From Candidatus Acidulodesulfobacterium ferriphilum (GTDB lineage Bacteria > SZUA-79 > Acidulodesulfobacterales > Acidulodesulfobacteraceae), in assembly GCA_004195035.1 (NCBI GenBank), contig SGBD01000003.1, positions 133,981-165,980 on the forward strand: a stretch of DNA of 32,000 nt, written 5' to 3'. Position 1 is the stretch's first letter; every line of letters starts with the position of its first letter. This document shows, in pieces, positions 6,731-14,902 of this stretch. The translations under genes and the position numbers were made by a program. The notes below the pieces were generated by a model. That model was not told the origin of the DNA, ran no database searches, and saw nothing but the letters and a program-made list of their open reading frames with translations.

Positions 6731-7180
6731 ATGGCTGAAGTACAGGGTTGCGAACTTCCGGAGGATTTATATTACGATGTCGAAAAGGACACATGGGCAA
6801 AGCCGTTAGGTAATAATATAATTATGCTCGGAATGACCGATGTGGCTCAAACTCAAGCGGGCAAGATTTTGCATGTAACATTTAAAAAAATAGGCAGTCT
6901 TGTTCAAAGAAGGGGTAATACCGCGACAATCGAAAGCGGTAAATGGGTTGGGCCCATTCCGTCCCCCGTTGCGGGCGAAATAGTCGAGGTTAACGAAGCC
7001 CTGTTAAAAGACCCTCTCCTATTAAATATATCTCCTTACAAAGACGCATGGGTGAGTAAAGTGAAAGCATTCGACTTGAGCGAATTAAAGAATCTTTTAA
7101 CCGGCTCCGAGGCGGTGGAAAAATACAGAGAAAAAATAATAAAGGAACAGATTCAATGCATGAGGTGTTCAAGCCAGTAA
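6731..7180 (+). CDS. Glycine-cleavage H-protein-like (lipoyl-carrier fold) protein with a C-terminal CxxC tail
   Basis: 149 aa with an AAAGGAG RBS. MTDVAQTQAGKI...TIESGKWVGPIPSPVAGEIVEVNEAL aligns with the GcvH lipoyl-lysine region (ESVKA...P.SGE.v.vN), and the Lys is retained. The C-terminus ends ...QCMRCSSQ. No gcvT or gcvP gene is nearby. Confidence 0.75.
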   Translation: MAEVQGCELPEDLYYDVEKDTWAKPLGNNIIMLGMTDVAQTQAGKILHVTFKKIGSLVQRRGNTATIESGKWVGPIPSPVAGEIVEVNEALLKDPLLLNISPYKDAWVSKVKAFDLSELKNLLTGSEAVEKYREKIIKEQIQCMRCSSQ

Positions 7181-7222
7181 TAATATTTCATTAAAATTAT
7201 CAAATTATCGTTATTATAAATT

Positions 7223-7504
7223 ATGGCCGATGAAATTAACAAAATAAAGGCAAAGCATGATGTTATACTCCTTGTTTCCAAGTGGTGTGAAGAGTGCGTG
7301 CCTGCGGATAACGCGTGGAAGAGATTACATGAGGAACGCAAGGACTTTAATTATAGGTCTTTAGATGTTTCCGAACCCGAAGGAAGACGGCTTTCGATTG
7401 AACTTTACATAAGAAGCGTGCCATCCACCGTTATCGATGGAAAGCTTTCCTATGTCGGAATTCCCACCAAAGATGATGCCAATGAACTGCTCAATTTAGC
7501 TTGA
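7223..7504 (+). CDS. Small thioredoxin/glutaredoxin-fold protein (CxxC)
   Basis: 93 aa with the active-site-like WCEECVP after a beta-strand (VILLVSK) and a cis-Pro region SVPSTVIDG typical of the thioredoxin fold. Confidence 0.7.
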   Translation: MADEINKIKAKHDVILLVSKWCEECVPADNAWKRLHEERKDFNYRSLDVSEPEGRRLSIELYIRSVPSTVIDGKLSYVGIPTKDDANELLNLA

Positions 7505-7608
7505 TTTATCAAAAAATCTAGATACCCTGCCTTTATTTATTAGTCCATTCATATATTTATATTATCTTATATTATTGCGTAAAATAGTTAAAAATTGTAA
7601 TTGATTTA

Positions 7609-7632
7609 TTTGTTTTAATATGTTAAAACAAA
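7609..7632. promoter_or_regulatory. Perfect 10-bp-arm inverted repeat (operator candidate) upstream of the DUF302-like gene
   Basis: tttgttttaa tatg ttaaaacaaa lies 42-65 nt upstream of ATG 7674. The context is AT-rich, so chance occurrence is not negligible. Confidence 0.3.
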
Positions 7633-7673
7633 CCAAAATTAATTAATTTTAAACTTAAACGGAGGGAGTTATT

Positions 7674-8669
7674 ATGAGATTTTTTGCACGAAAACTATTA
7701 TTAACCATGGCTTTGGGTTTTCTGTTCGTACTTATAGGTTCGGTTAATGTATTTGCGGCGACCTACGGCGTATTTACTCAGGTCGCCGTCAATGTTCCCG
7801 GAGATATTCCATCTGTTGTCCATAATATCAAATCTGCCTTGAATCATGCGGGTTGGAAGGTTGTGGGAACAACTAATATATCTCTTCCAAAAAGCGATAC
7901 TCATAAAGCAATCGTCATAGCCGCAACGAATAACGTCTATAATAAATATATGGTCGATAACGGCAACAATCCGGCGGCCGCTTTCGGACTTCCATTAAGA
8001 GTAGAGGTCTATACCACGCCGGCCCAGGGTATTGTCGTCAGTATGTTAAATTTACCTGCTTTAGCAAGAACATTTTCCGGAAATTCTTATGTAGATTATG
8101 CAATTAAAGTAAATAATATGTTAAAGCATGCTATAAGGGGCGCGGTAGGCGGCACCCCTTCAAATCTGCAATACGGTCCGATGAGAAGCGGGAGGTTTCC
8201 CGGCGGTATCGGGGGCGGTTCTTTTCCCGGCAGTATTGACCAGATATCGAACTATTCCGGCAGTACTAATTCTAATTTAAGGGGCGTCGCACAATTAATA
8301 GAAGCGGGGATTGGCCGTAATAACGGCAGATGGCGGTTAGTTTACGAGATAAGCAAACCTTCGATAGGTTTTATAGAATTTGGCGTTACAAGGAATTCGA
8401 CGGAAAGACACTCTATCGAAATCGACAGCGGCGCAAGGGCAACCTCCTCGTATAAAACCCCGGGGATAGACCATGGCGCGTCTTTTCCGATAGAAATACT
8501 TGTTTATAGGGACGGAAATTACACCGATGTGTCGATACTTGGCGAGATGTGGAGAATGAAATATTATTTTGCCGATGCGGGAATGTTAGCATTTATGACA
8601 CATATGGGAATGCCGGGTTCCATACAGGGTTCTTTAAAACAGATGATTTTATACGGGTTGGCATACTAA
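7674..8669 (+). CDS. Secreted protein with two DUF302-like halves joined by a Gly-rich linker
   Basis: 331 aa with a GGAGGGAG RBS and a signal peptide (LLLTMALGFLFVLIGSVNVFA/AT). The first half has a DUF302-like pattern (...AAFGLPLRVEVYTTPAQGIVVSMLNLP). The second half ends similarly (ASFPIEILVYRDGNYTDVSIL). The linker is GRFPGGIGGGSFPGS. Confidence 0.65.
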   Translation: MRFFARKLLLTMALGFLFVLIGSVNVFAATYGVFTQVAVNVPGDIPSVVHNIKSALNHAGWKVVGTTNISLPKSDTHKAIVIAATNNVYNKYMVDNGNNPAAAFGLPLRVEVYTTPAQGIVVSMLNLPALARTFSGNSYVDYAIKVNNMLKHAIRGAVGGTPSNLQYGPMRSGRFPGGIGGGSFPGSIDQISNYSGSTNSNLRGVAQLIEAGIGRNNGRWRLVYEISKPSIGFIEFGVTRNSTERHSIEIDSGARATSSYKTPGIDHGASFPIEILVYRDGNYTDVSILGEMWRMKYYFADAGMLAFMTHMGMPGSIQGSLKQMILYGLAY

Positions 8670-8679
8670 CCCCCACCCT

Positions 8680-8708
8680 GTCCCCTCTCCCATAAAGGGG
8701 GAGGGGAC
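8680..8708. terminator. GC-rich hairpin between convergent genes (possible bidirectional terminator)
   Basis: gtcccctctccc ataaa gggggaggggac forms a 12-bp stem with one G:T. A second 7-bp hairpin, ggatgat gctt atcatcc (8716-8733), overlaps the nrdJ stop. Neither is followed by a clear T-tract on either strand. Confidence 0.45.
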
Positions 8709-8727
8709 TAAGGAAGGATGATGCTTA

Positions 8728-11166
8728 TCATCCGCAATCGGAGTATCCGCAATCAAGGCATACCGTGCAGCCTTCCGCATGTTTTAAATTAGAACCGCCG
8801 CACATCGGACAGGCGCCCCTTCCTTGAACTTTATATGTATCTATATGCCCGTTTTTCTGATTTTTATGAGATATTTTCAGACTTCCATTTTCCAACAGGC
8901 TTTTTTCAAGCGCTTTTCCGATAGCATCCGCGCATGAGTATATTATGTTATCGCCGAAACCGTGCGGTATATTACATCTAATGCCTTTTAGCTGGTTTAT
9001 TATTTCTTCGGTGTCTATTCCCGACCTCAAAGCTAAGCTTACCATTCTGCCGGTTGATTCGGTTTGAGACTGCGCACAGCCGCCGGATTTGCCGATAGAA
9101 TTAAATATTTCAAAAGGCCTTCCGTTTTCGTCGTAATTTATCGTTACATATAAAGGTCCGCAGCCGGTTATTGTTTTAATCGTAATTCCATGTATAATAT
9201 CAGGCCTCTTTCTCGGCTCGATTCTTTTTTCGCCGCCGCTTTTTTTTTCAACGGCGGGTTCGATGCCGATAGGTTCGGTTACCGGAGAACCGCATACCGG
9301 ACACTTATATTTGCCGTTTGCGGAAGGACCTGTCGTTAAGACCTGTTCCCTCGAGCCGTCTCTGTAAACCGTAATACCTTTCAAATTAAGATTATACGCA
9401 AGCAGATATACCTCTTTAATATCTTCTTTTTTTGCAGAGTTTGGAAAATTTACGGTTTTACTGACGGCATTGTCCGTATATTTTTGAAATGCCGCTTGAA
9501 GCATAACATGCCATTTTGGCGTAATATCGTGCGAGGTTATAAATATGCGGCTTAAATATTCATAGATTTCGGGGCTTAATAAATTAGGCGGCAAATCTTT
9601 ATAAGAGTGCCCAAGATTACCGTTCTTAACGACAAAATCTATAAGTTCATTTGAATAAACGCCTAAACTTTCCAGTATATTTTTAAAATTTTTATCGGTT
9701 TCTATTAAAGTTTGATTGTCTAAGACATGCCTTTCATAAGCTAATGCAAATAACGGTTCTATTCCGCTGGATGCTCCGGCAATTATGCTTATTGTGCCGG
9801 TCGGGGCAATGGTTGTGGTTGTTCCGTTTCTCATAGCCTTATAGCCTTTTTCTTTCCAGACGGAGCCTTCAAAATTAGGAAAACTGCCCCTGACCGTCCC
9901 AAGTTCTTCCGATTTTAATTTTGATTCCTTATCTATAAAACCCATTATTTTTTCGGCTACTTTAAGCGCCAGGTCGCTATTATACGGTATTTTTAATTTT
10001 ATAAGCGTATCGGCATATCCCATAATCCCCAGCCCTATTTTTCTATTGGAAAGCGTCATCTGTTTTATTTTTTCGATGGGATAATGATTTTTGTCTATCA
10101 CATTGTCTAAGAAATGAACTGCCGTATGCACGGTTTTTTTAAGCGACTCAAAGTCAATAATATCAAGGTAATAAGGCAGGATAGCATCAGGCTTTTCATT
10201 AAGCCTTTTTAATGCCTCTTTATAATCAAATTTGCCTTTTTTGCTTTCATATCCCTTTATGAATTTTCCAAGATTAATGGAACCCAAATTGCAGGATTCG
10301 TAGGCAACTAAAGGCTGTTCCCCGCACGGATTAGTCGCCTCGATTTTGCCGGCTTTAGGGATAGGGTTAAGTTTGTTTATTCTGTCTATAAAAATAATTC
10401 CCGGTTCCCCGCTAGACCATGCCATTTCCACAATTAAATCGAAAACTTCTTTTGCATTGAGATGTTTAACGATTTCATTGTTTCTCGGGTTTATCAACGG
10501 GTAATTTTCGTTTTTAATAACGCGGCTCATAAAATCTTCCGTGATCGCAACGGATATATTAAAATTGTTAAGTTTTGAGGTATCTTTTTTAGAAGAGATA
10601 AAGTCTAATATATCAGGGTGGTCTATTCTTAAAATACCCATATTGGCTCCCCTTCTTGTTCCGCCTTGCTTTATCGCCTCCGTTGCGCTGTTAAATACCT
10701 GCATAAATGAAACAGGGCCGCTTGACACGCCCTTTGTGGAATGAACGGTATCATTTTTGGGTCTTAAATTAGAAAAAGAAAAGCCTGTTCCGCCGCCGCT
10801 CTGGTGTATTAGCGCTGTATTTTTTATTGTCTCGAAAATCGATTCCATAGAATCTTCGATTGGAAGAACAAAACAGGCGGAAAGCTGCTGCAGCGGTCTT
10901 CCCGCATTCATTAAGGTAGGGGAATTTGGTAAAAAGCGCAGGTTTGCCATCTCTTCGAAAAATATCCCTGCTATTGTTTCAGCCTCTTCTTTGGTTTTGC
11001 CGTAATTTAAATCGGCTTCGGAGATGTTCTTTGCCACCCTTTCAAACATTCCGGATATTGTTTCGATAATTTCACCCTTTTCGTTTTTAGCCAAATATCT
11101 CTTCTTTAAAACCGTTATTCCATTTTCGGAAAAGCTTTTTATAAGCGGGTCATTTTTATCTTTCAT
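8728..11166 (-). CDS. nrdJ: Class II (adenosylcobalamin-dependent) ribonucleotide reductase with a C-terminal TSCPD-type domain and zinc ribbon
   Basis: 812 aa with a GGGGAGG RBS. RNR core motifs are present: LSACFVLPIEDSM, ATNPCGEQPL, YESCNLGSINL. The C-terminal domain reads TGCGPLYVTINYDENGRPFEIF...GGCAQSQTE...QLKGIRC...YSCADAIGKAL, with terminal CPMCGG...CTVCLDCG. Confidence 0.95.
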   Translation of the reverse strand: MKDKNDPLIKSFSENGITVLKKRYLAKNEKGEIIETISGMFERVAKNISEADLNYGKTKEEAETIAGIFFEEMANLRFLPNSPTLMNAGRPLQQLSACFVLPIEDSMESIFETIKNTALIHQSGGGTGFSFSNLRPKNDTVHSTKGVSSGPVSFMQVFNSATEAIKQGGTRRGANMGILRIDHPDILDFISSKKDTSKLNNFNISVAITEDFMSRVIKNENYPLINPRNNEIVKHLNAKEVFDLIVEMAWSSGEPGIIFIDRINKLNPIPKAGKIEATNPCGEQPLVAYESCNLGSINLGKFIKGYESKKGKFDYKEALKRLNEKPDAILPYYLDIIDFESLKKTVHTAVHFLDNVIDKNHYPIEKIKQMTLSNRKIGLGIMGYADTLIKLKIPYNSDLALKVAEKIMGFIDKESKLKSEELGTVRGSFPNFEGSVWKEKGYKAMRNGTTTTIAPTGTISIIAGASSGIEPLFALAYERHVLDNQTLIETDKNFKNILESLGVYSNELIDFVVKNGNLGHSYKDLPPNLLSPEIYEYLSRIFITSHDITPKWHVMLQAAFQKYTDNAVSKTVNFPNSAKKEDIKEVYLLAYNLNLKGITVYRDGSREQVLTTGPSANGKYKCPVCGSPVTEPIGIEPAVEKKSGGEKRIEPRKRPDIIHGITIKTITGCGPLYVTINYDENGRPFEIFNSIGKSGGCAQSQTESTGRMVSLALRSGIDTEEIINQLKGIRCNIPHGFGDNIIYSCADAIGKALEKSLLENGSLKISHKNQKNGHIDTYKVQGRGACPMCGGSNLKHAEGCTVCLDCGYSDCG

Positions 11167-11224
11167 CTATACCTCCCCTTATATTAATTTTAATGAATAT
11201 TTAATTTTAAAAATTTTTACAATT

Positions 11225-11268
11225 AACAATATGTAGATATTTTTTTTATTTCTATACAATATATTGTA
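11225..11268. promoter_or_regulatory. Two NrdR-box-like palindromes upstream of nrdJ
   Basis: Box 2, tacaatatattgta (11255-11268), is a perfect 14-bp palindrome and matches 12/14 of the core of the acaCwAtATaTwGtgt consensus as I recall it. Box 1, aacaatatgtagat (11225-11238), matches about 10/14. The centres are 30 bp apart, about three helical turns, and lie 59-103 nt upstream of the start. Confidence 0.4.
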
Positions 11269-11425
11269 ATTTATCTTTTGTCAATATCTTTTTTTAATTA
11301 CCGTTTTTAATTGTAAATCATTAAAAAAAGTTTTATAATTTTAAAATATGAACAAGAAATAATAAATAAAATAATAAATAATAAGAAATACATAAAAATT
11401 GCAAGGGGGATATTAAAATAAAATA

Positions 11426-12130
11426 ATGCATAGTTTAAATTACCTGCATAGCATGAATATTTTAACCCACATTCTAAGCACAAACATCGTTGTAAAATTA
11501 GTCCTTTTAATTCTATTTTTTTTCTCTTTGGCGTCATGGGCTATTATTTTTTATAAATTAAATTATCTTAATAAAGCAAAAAAGGAAGATAAAGAGTTTC
11601 TCGATTTATTCTGGGAATCTAAAAGATTGGATTATGTTTATACGGCCACCAAAAATTTTAATTATAGTCCTGTAGCCTCTATGTTTAATGCTACATACAA
11701 AGAACTTGTGGACATTAAAAAAAAATCGGAAGAAAAGGATAAGCTTTTTGGTAAAGAAAATAATGGAGAGAATCAAGCATATATAGAAAGGGCTTTAAAA
11801 AAATCACAGCTCTCGTCTATTGCAAAACTTGAGATTTCCCTTCCATTTTTAGCGACGGTCGGCTCCACTGCCCCATTTATAGGCTTATTTGGAACGGTTT
11901 GGGGAATAATGACATCATTCGAAAGTATAGAAAAAGCAGGGACAGCCGGCTTGGCGATTGTAGCTCCGGGTATTGCTGATTCGCTTATTGCGACGGCGGC
12001 GGGTCTTTTTGCGGCGATCCCTGCCGTTATTGCATATAACTATTATTCAAATAAGGTAAGAGTGATAGCTAACGAGACTATCGATTTTGCATATGAATTT
12101 ATGACAATAATCGAAAGGCAGATTCTATAA
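11426..12130 (+). CDS. tolQ: Tol-Pal system protein TolQ (MotA/TolQ/ExbB proton channel)
   Basis: 234 aa. MNILTHILSTNIVVKLVLLILFFFSLASWAIIFYK parallels the E. coli TolQ N-terminus, and the C-terminal channel motif is LATVGSTAPFIGLFGTVWGIM...GIADSLIATAAGL. The start could instead be ATG 11453. Confidence 0.9.
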   Translation: MHSLNYLHSMNILTHILSTNIVVKLVLLILFFFSLASWAIIFYKLNYLNKAKKEDKEFLDLFWESKRLDYVYTATKNFNYSPVASMFNATYKELVDIKKKSEEKDKLFGKENNGENQAYIERALKKSQLSSIAKLEISLPFLATVGSTAPFIGLFGTVWGIMTSFESIEKAGTAGLAIVAPGIADSLIATAAGLFAAIPAVIAYNYYSNKVRVIANETIDFAYEFMTIIERQIL

Positions 12131-12139
12131 TAATTAATT

Positions 12140-12583
12140 ATGTTTATATCTTTTGGCGATAGAGACGATAAAAAAAGTTTTTCTTCCGGCTATAAGCTTA
12201 TGTCCGATATAAACATTACGCCGTTTGTCGATGTAATGCTGGTTTTGCTCGTTATCTTTATGGTAACCGCCCCGATATTGGTTCACGGAATTAAGGTTCG
12301 CTTGCCGGCGGCTTCGGCGCGGGCATTAAAAGCCCCGGAAAAAACGATAGTCGTTTCGGTTACTTCCGGCAGGTATGTTTATATAAACAATTTGAGGGTA
12401 AGCCCCGCCCTTTTGACCCAAAAATTAAGGATTTTATATAAAAACAGGAGGGACAAGCAGATATTTCTTAAAGCAAGTTCAGTCCTGCCCTACGGCTATG
12501 TAATAAGGATAATGGCTGCAATAAAAGACGCCGGCATAACAAAAATCGGCATGGTAACGGCAAATCTCAGCCATGTTAAGTAA
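12140..12583 (+). CDS. tolR: Tol-Pal system protein TolR (ExbD/TolR)
   Basis: 147 aa with the signature SDINITPFVDVMLVLLVIFMVTAP, including the conserved TM Asp. An alternative start is ATG 12200. Confidence 0.9.
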   Translation: MFISFGDRDDKKSFSSGYKLMSDINITPFVDVMLVLLVIFMVTAPILVHGIKVRLPAASARALKAPEKTIVVSVTSGRYVYINNLRVSPALLTQKLRILYKNRRDKQIFLKASSVLPYGYVIRIMAAIKDAGITKIGMVTANLSHVK

Positions 12584-12634
12584 TTAAGCAAACGCTTTTA
12601 GAAAATTATCGCATTTATTTTTTAGCAAGTTAAA

Positions 12635-13405
12635 ATGTTTAACGAAAACCGAAGCGGAATTGGAAAATATTATATATATTCGATTTTATTTCATGCGGCT
12701 TTAATCGGTCTAATAATATATTTAGGGATAAGGTTTAAACCGGAAATTGAGTCTATCGGCTCAAAGGTAGTTGTCAGCGTTGTGAGCAGCGTTCCTGGAC
12801 CGCCTGCTTCTGTTAAAGCGATATTAAAACCGCCTGTGCCAAAGATTAAAAGACAAATTATAAGCAAGCCCGCTCAGGCAAAAAAACCTGTGCAATTACC
12901 CGTTACTAAAAAGCCCTCATCTATGGTTTACCCGAAAAAGGTTCTGCCGAAGTCCGTTCCCGTTAAAAGATATGTTAAGAGGCAAGCCCCTGTTCCTGCG
13001 GTTAATTCCAGTGTCTATACAAATTTACATAATATGATAAGCCTTAATAACGCATATAGCAAGGTTCAGGAATCTTTGATCAGGGGAAATATCCATAACT
13101 TTCAGGGTTATGTCAATAAAATAGTGTCGATTATTACATCTCATTTCGATATTTCTCTTTCTAAATATTTGCACTACAAGTCCGTGGTTGCCTTCCAAAT
13201 ATCCGCTTCGGGAAGGATTTACGGCGTCAGGCTTGCCAAATCTTCAGGCAACGGCTATTTCGATTCTCAATCGATCGAAGCGGTAAAATTATCAAGCCCG
13301 CTGCCTTCGCCGCCCAAAGGGTTTATGAGCTTTATGAACTCTAAGAACGCAGGCGAGGGGGCTTTAATAGCCTTTAATCCGAGAGAGATTCTAAAAAATA
13401 AGTAA
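12635..13405 (+). CDS. tolA: TolA-like protein (N-terminal TM anchor, Pro/Lys-rich linker, TonB_C-like domain)
   Basis: 256 aa with TM YYIYSILFHAALIGLIIYLGI, linker PPVPKIKRQIISKPAQAKKPVQLPVTKKP, and a C-terminal VAFQISASGRIYGVRLAKSSGNGYFDSQSIEAVKLSSPLPSPP. It occupies the tolA position between tolR and tolB. Confidence 0.7.
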   Translation: MFNENRSGIGKYYIYSILFHAALIGLIIYLGIRFKPEIESIGSKVVVSVVSSVPGPPASVKAILKPPVPKIKRQIISKPAQAKKPVQLPVTKKPSSMVYPKKVLPKSVPVKRYVKRQAPVPAVNSSVYTNLHNMISLNNAYSKVQESLIRGNIHNFQGYVNKIVSIITSHFDISLSKYLHYKSVVAFQISASGRIYGVRLAKSSGNGYFDSQSIEAVKLSSPLPSPPKGFMSFMNSKNAGEGALIAFNPREILKNK

Positions 13406-13445
13406 TATTATAATAATATATAAGGGAGGAATAAGGCGGGCAAAA

Positions 13446-14816
13446 ATGTTTAAATTTAAACCTAACGATTTTTATAGGTGTAAGGTTTTTTACACCATAT
13501 TAACATCTTTTTCGATTTTATTTACTTTATTTTTATTTCCGGTAAATTCGTACGCAAAGGTATATATAAATATTTATGCGGCAAGAATTAAAAAAATCAG
13601 GGTTGCCGTTCCTAACTTTAAAAATATTTCAAAGTACGGACAGCATCAAAGAATCGCAAAAAAAATTGCCCGCATAATCAGGCACGACCTTTCCGTTATC
13701 GGATATTTTCACATAGTAAACCCGCTTTCGTATCTTGAAAACTCTAAATATGCCCCTGTAAGCGTTAAGAAAATAGATTTTACAAACTGGAGCGTGTTAA
13801 GCGCGCAATACTTGATTAACGGCGAATATAAAACTGAAAACGGTATTATAAAAATTAAAGCTAATCTTATAAGCATCTATTCTCAAAAATTACTTTTTAC
13901 CGAGAAATTAGAAGGACATGATAAACAATACAGATATCTGGCAAATAAGTTTGCCGACGGTATATTGAAATTTTTAACCGGGATTAAGGGGCCGTTTACG
14001 ACAAAAGTGTTTTTTGTCGGGGAACAGGACGGGGCAAAAAATATTTTTATGATGGATTTTGGCGGGCATAGGGTCAAAAGAATTACAGATAACCCGTCGA
14101 TTAATATATTTCCGCATCCGTCTCCCGACGGCGGCAAGGCTGCCTATATTTCTTTTAAAGACGGTGATCCCGCCATTTTTATTAAAAATTTAAATACAGG
14201 CAGAACTGCAAGGTTTAATCTCCCTGGCCCTGCCGATTATGTCTCCTGGTCGCCTAAAGGAGATAATCTGGCTATAGCGCTCACCCCGGATCATTACAAT
14301 ACCGAGATATATACTATTAATATAAATGGAGGGAATCTTAAGCAGTTGACCGACATAGGCGGCATTAACACATCTCCGTCGTTTTCCCCCGGCGGAAATA
14401 GAATTGCCTTCGTGTCAAACAGGGGAGGAAGCCCGCAAATTTATGTAATGAATTCCGACGGAAGTAATCAGCATAGAATTACTTATAATAATAGCTATTA
14501 TAATACGAGCCCCGCATGGTCCCCTAACGGGAAAAAGATAGCTTTTGCCTCATTCGTAAACGGCGCGCTTCAAGTGTGTATTATGAATGCGGACGGAACG
14601 GATGAAAGACAGATTACCGATACGCCGTATAGCGCCCAGCATCCCGCATGGACAAGGGATTCGAGGATAATTACTTTTGATACCGAAATTGCAGGAAGAC
14701 AGGAATTATTTATGATAGATGTAAATGAAAGCGGCATGATAAGGCTGATGCCCCGCCTATTTCCCGAAATGCAAAATTATTATAGTCCCGAGTGGACATT
14801 AAAATCATCTTATTGA
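13446..14816 (+). CDS. tolB: Tol-Pal system beta-propeller protein TolB
   Basis: 456 aa with a signal peptide and a TolB_N-like start (IRVAVPNFKN...). It carries repeated PD40 propeller motifs (PSPDGGKAAY, WSPKGDNLA, FSPGGNRIAFVSNRGGSPQIYVMN, WSPNGKKIAFAS). Confidence 0.92.
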   Translation: MFKFKPNDFYRCKVFYTILTSFSILFTLFLFPVNSYAKVYINIYAARIKKIRVAVPNFKNISKYGQHQRIAKKIARIIRHDLSVIGYFHIVNPLSYLENSKYAPVSVKKIDFTNWSVLSAQYLINGEYKTENGIIKIKANLISIYSQKLLFTEKLEGHDKQYRYLANKFADGILKFLTGIKGPFTTKVFFVGEQDGAKNIFMMDFGGHRVKRITDNPSINIFPHPSPDGGKAAYISFKDGDPAIFIKNLNTGRTARFNLPGPADYVSWSPKGDNLAIALTPDHYNTEIYTININGGNLKQLTDIGGINTSPSFSPGGNRIAFVSNRGGSPQIYVMNSDGSNQHRITYNNSYYNTSPAWSPNGKKIAFASFVNGALQVCIMNADGTDERQITDTPYSAQHPAWTRDSRIITFDTEIAGRQELFMIDVNESGMIRLMPRLFPEMQNYYSPEWTLKSSY

Positions 14817-14902
14817 CCTTATTCTCAAAATTATTGAAAAATATTGCTTTATATGATAAATTCAATGTAATATTTATAATTATAATACGAGGGCATTACA
14901 TT

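Noticed and set aside
8728-11166. Extra cysteine clusters (KCPVCGS; CPMCGG...CTVCLDCG) in NrdJ as a sign of an intein or gene fusion
   Set aside because: I saw no intein-like insertion and no break in the RNR core. The C-terminal TSCPD-type domain with a terminal zinc ribbon is a known class II RNR architecture.
10541-11236. Three plus-strand ORFs (10541-10744, 10757-11005, 11024-11236) antisense to nrdJ; similar shadow ORFs at 493-786, 1512-1721, 2024-2224, 5411-5641, 5927-6115, 6990-7341, 7701-7904, 13883-14137, 16140-16343, 17937-18353, 22078-22278, 24297-24503, 25227-25613 and 26218-26556
   Set aside because: All lie entirely inside, or antisense to, ORFs with strong family signatures. 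They lack RBSs and have composition typical of antisense frames.
11426-12583. The MotA/ExbB-like plus ExbD-like pair as a possible Zorya-type defence or TonB-ExbBD energiser
   Set aside because: The pair is followed directly by TolA-like, TolB (PD40 propeller) and CpoB/YbgF genes, and the N-termini are collinear with E. coli TolQ/TolR. This is the canonical Tol system.
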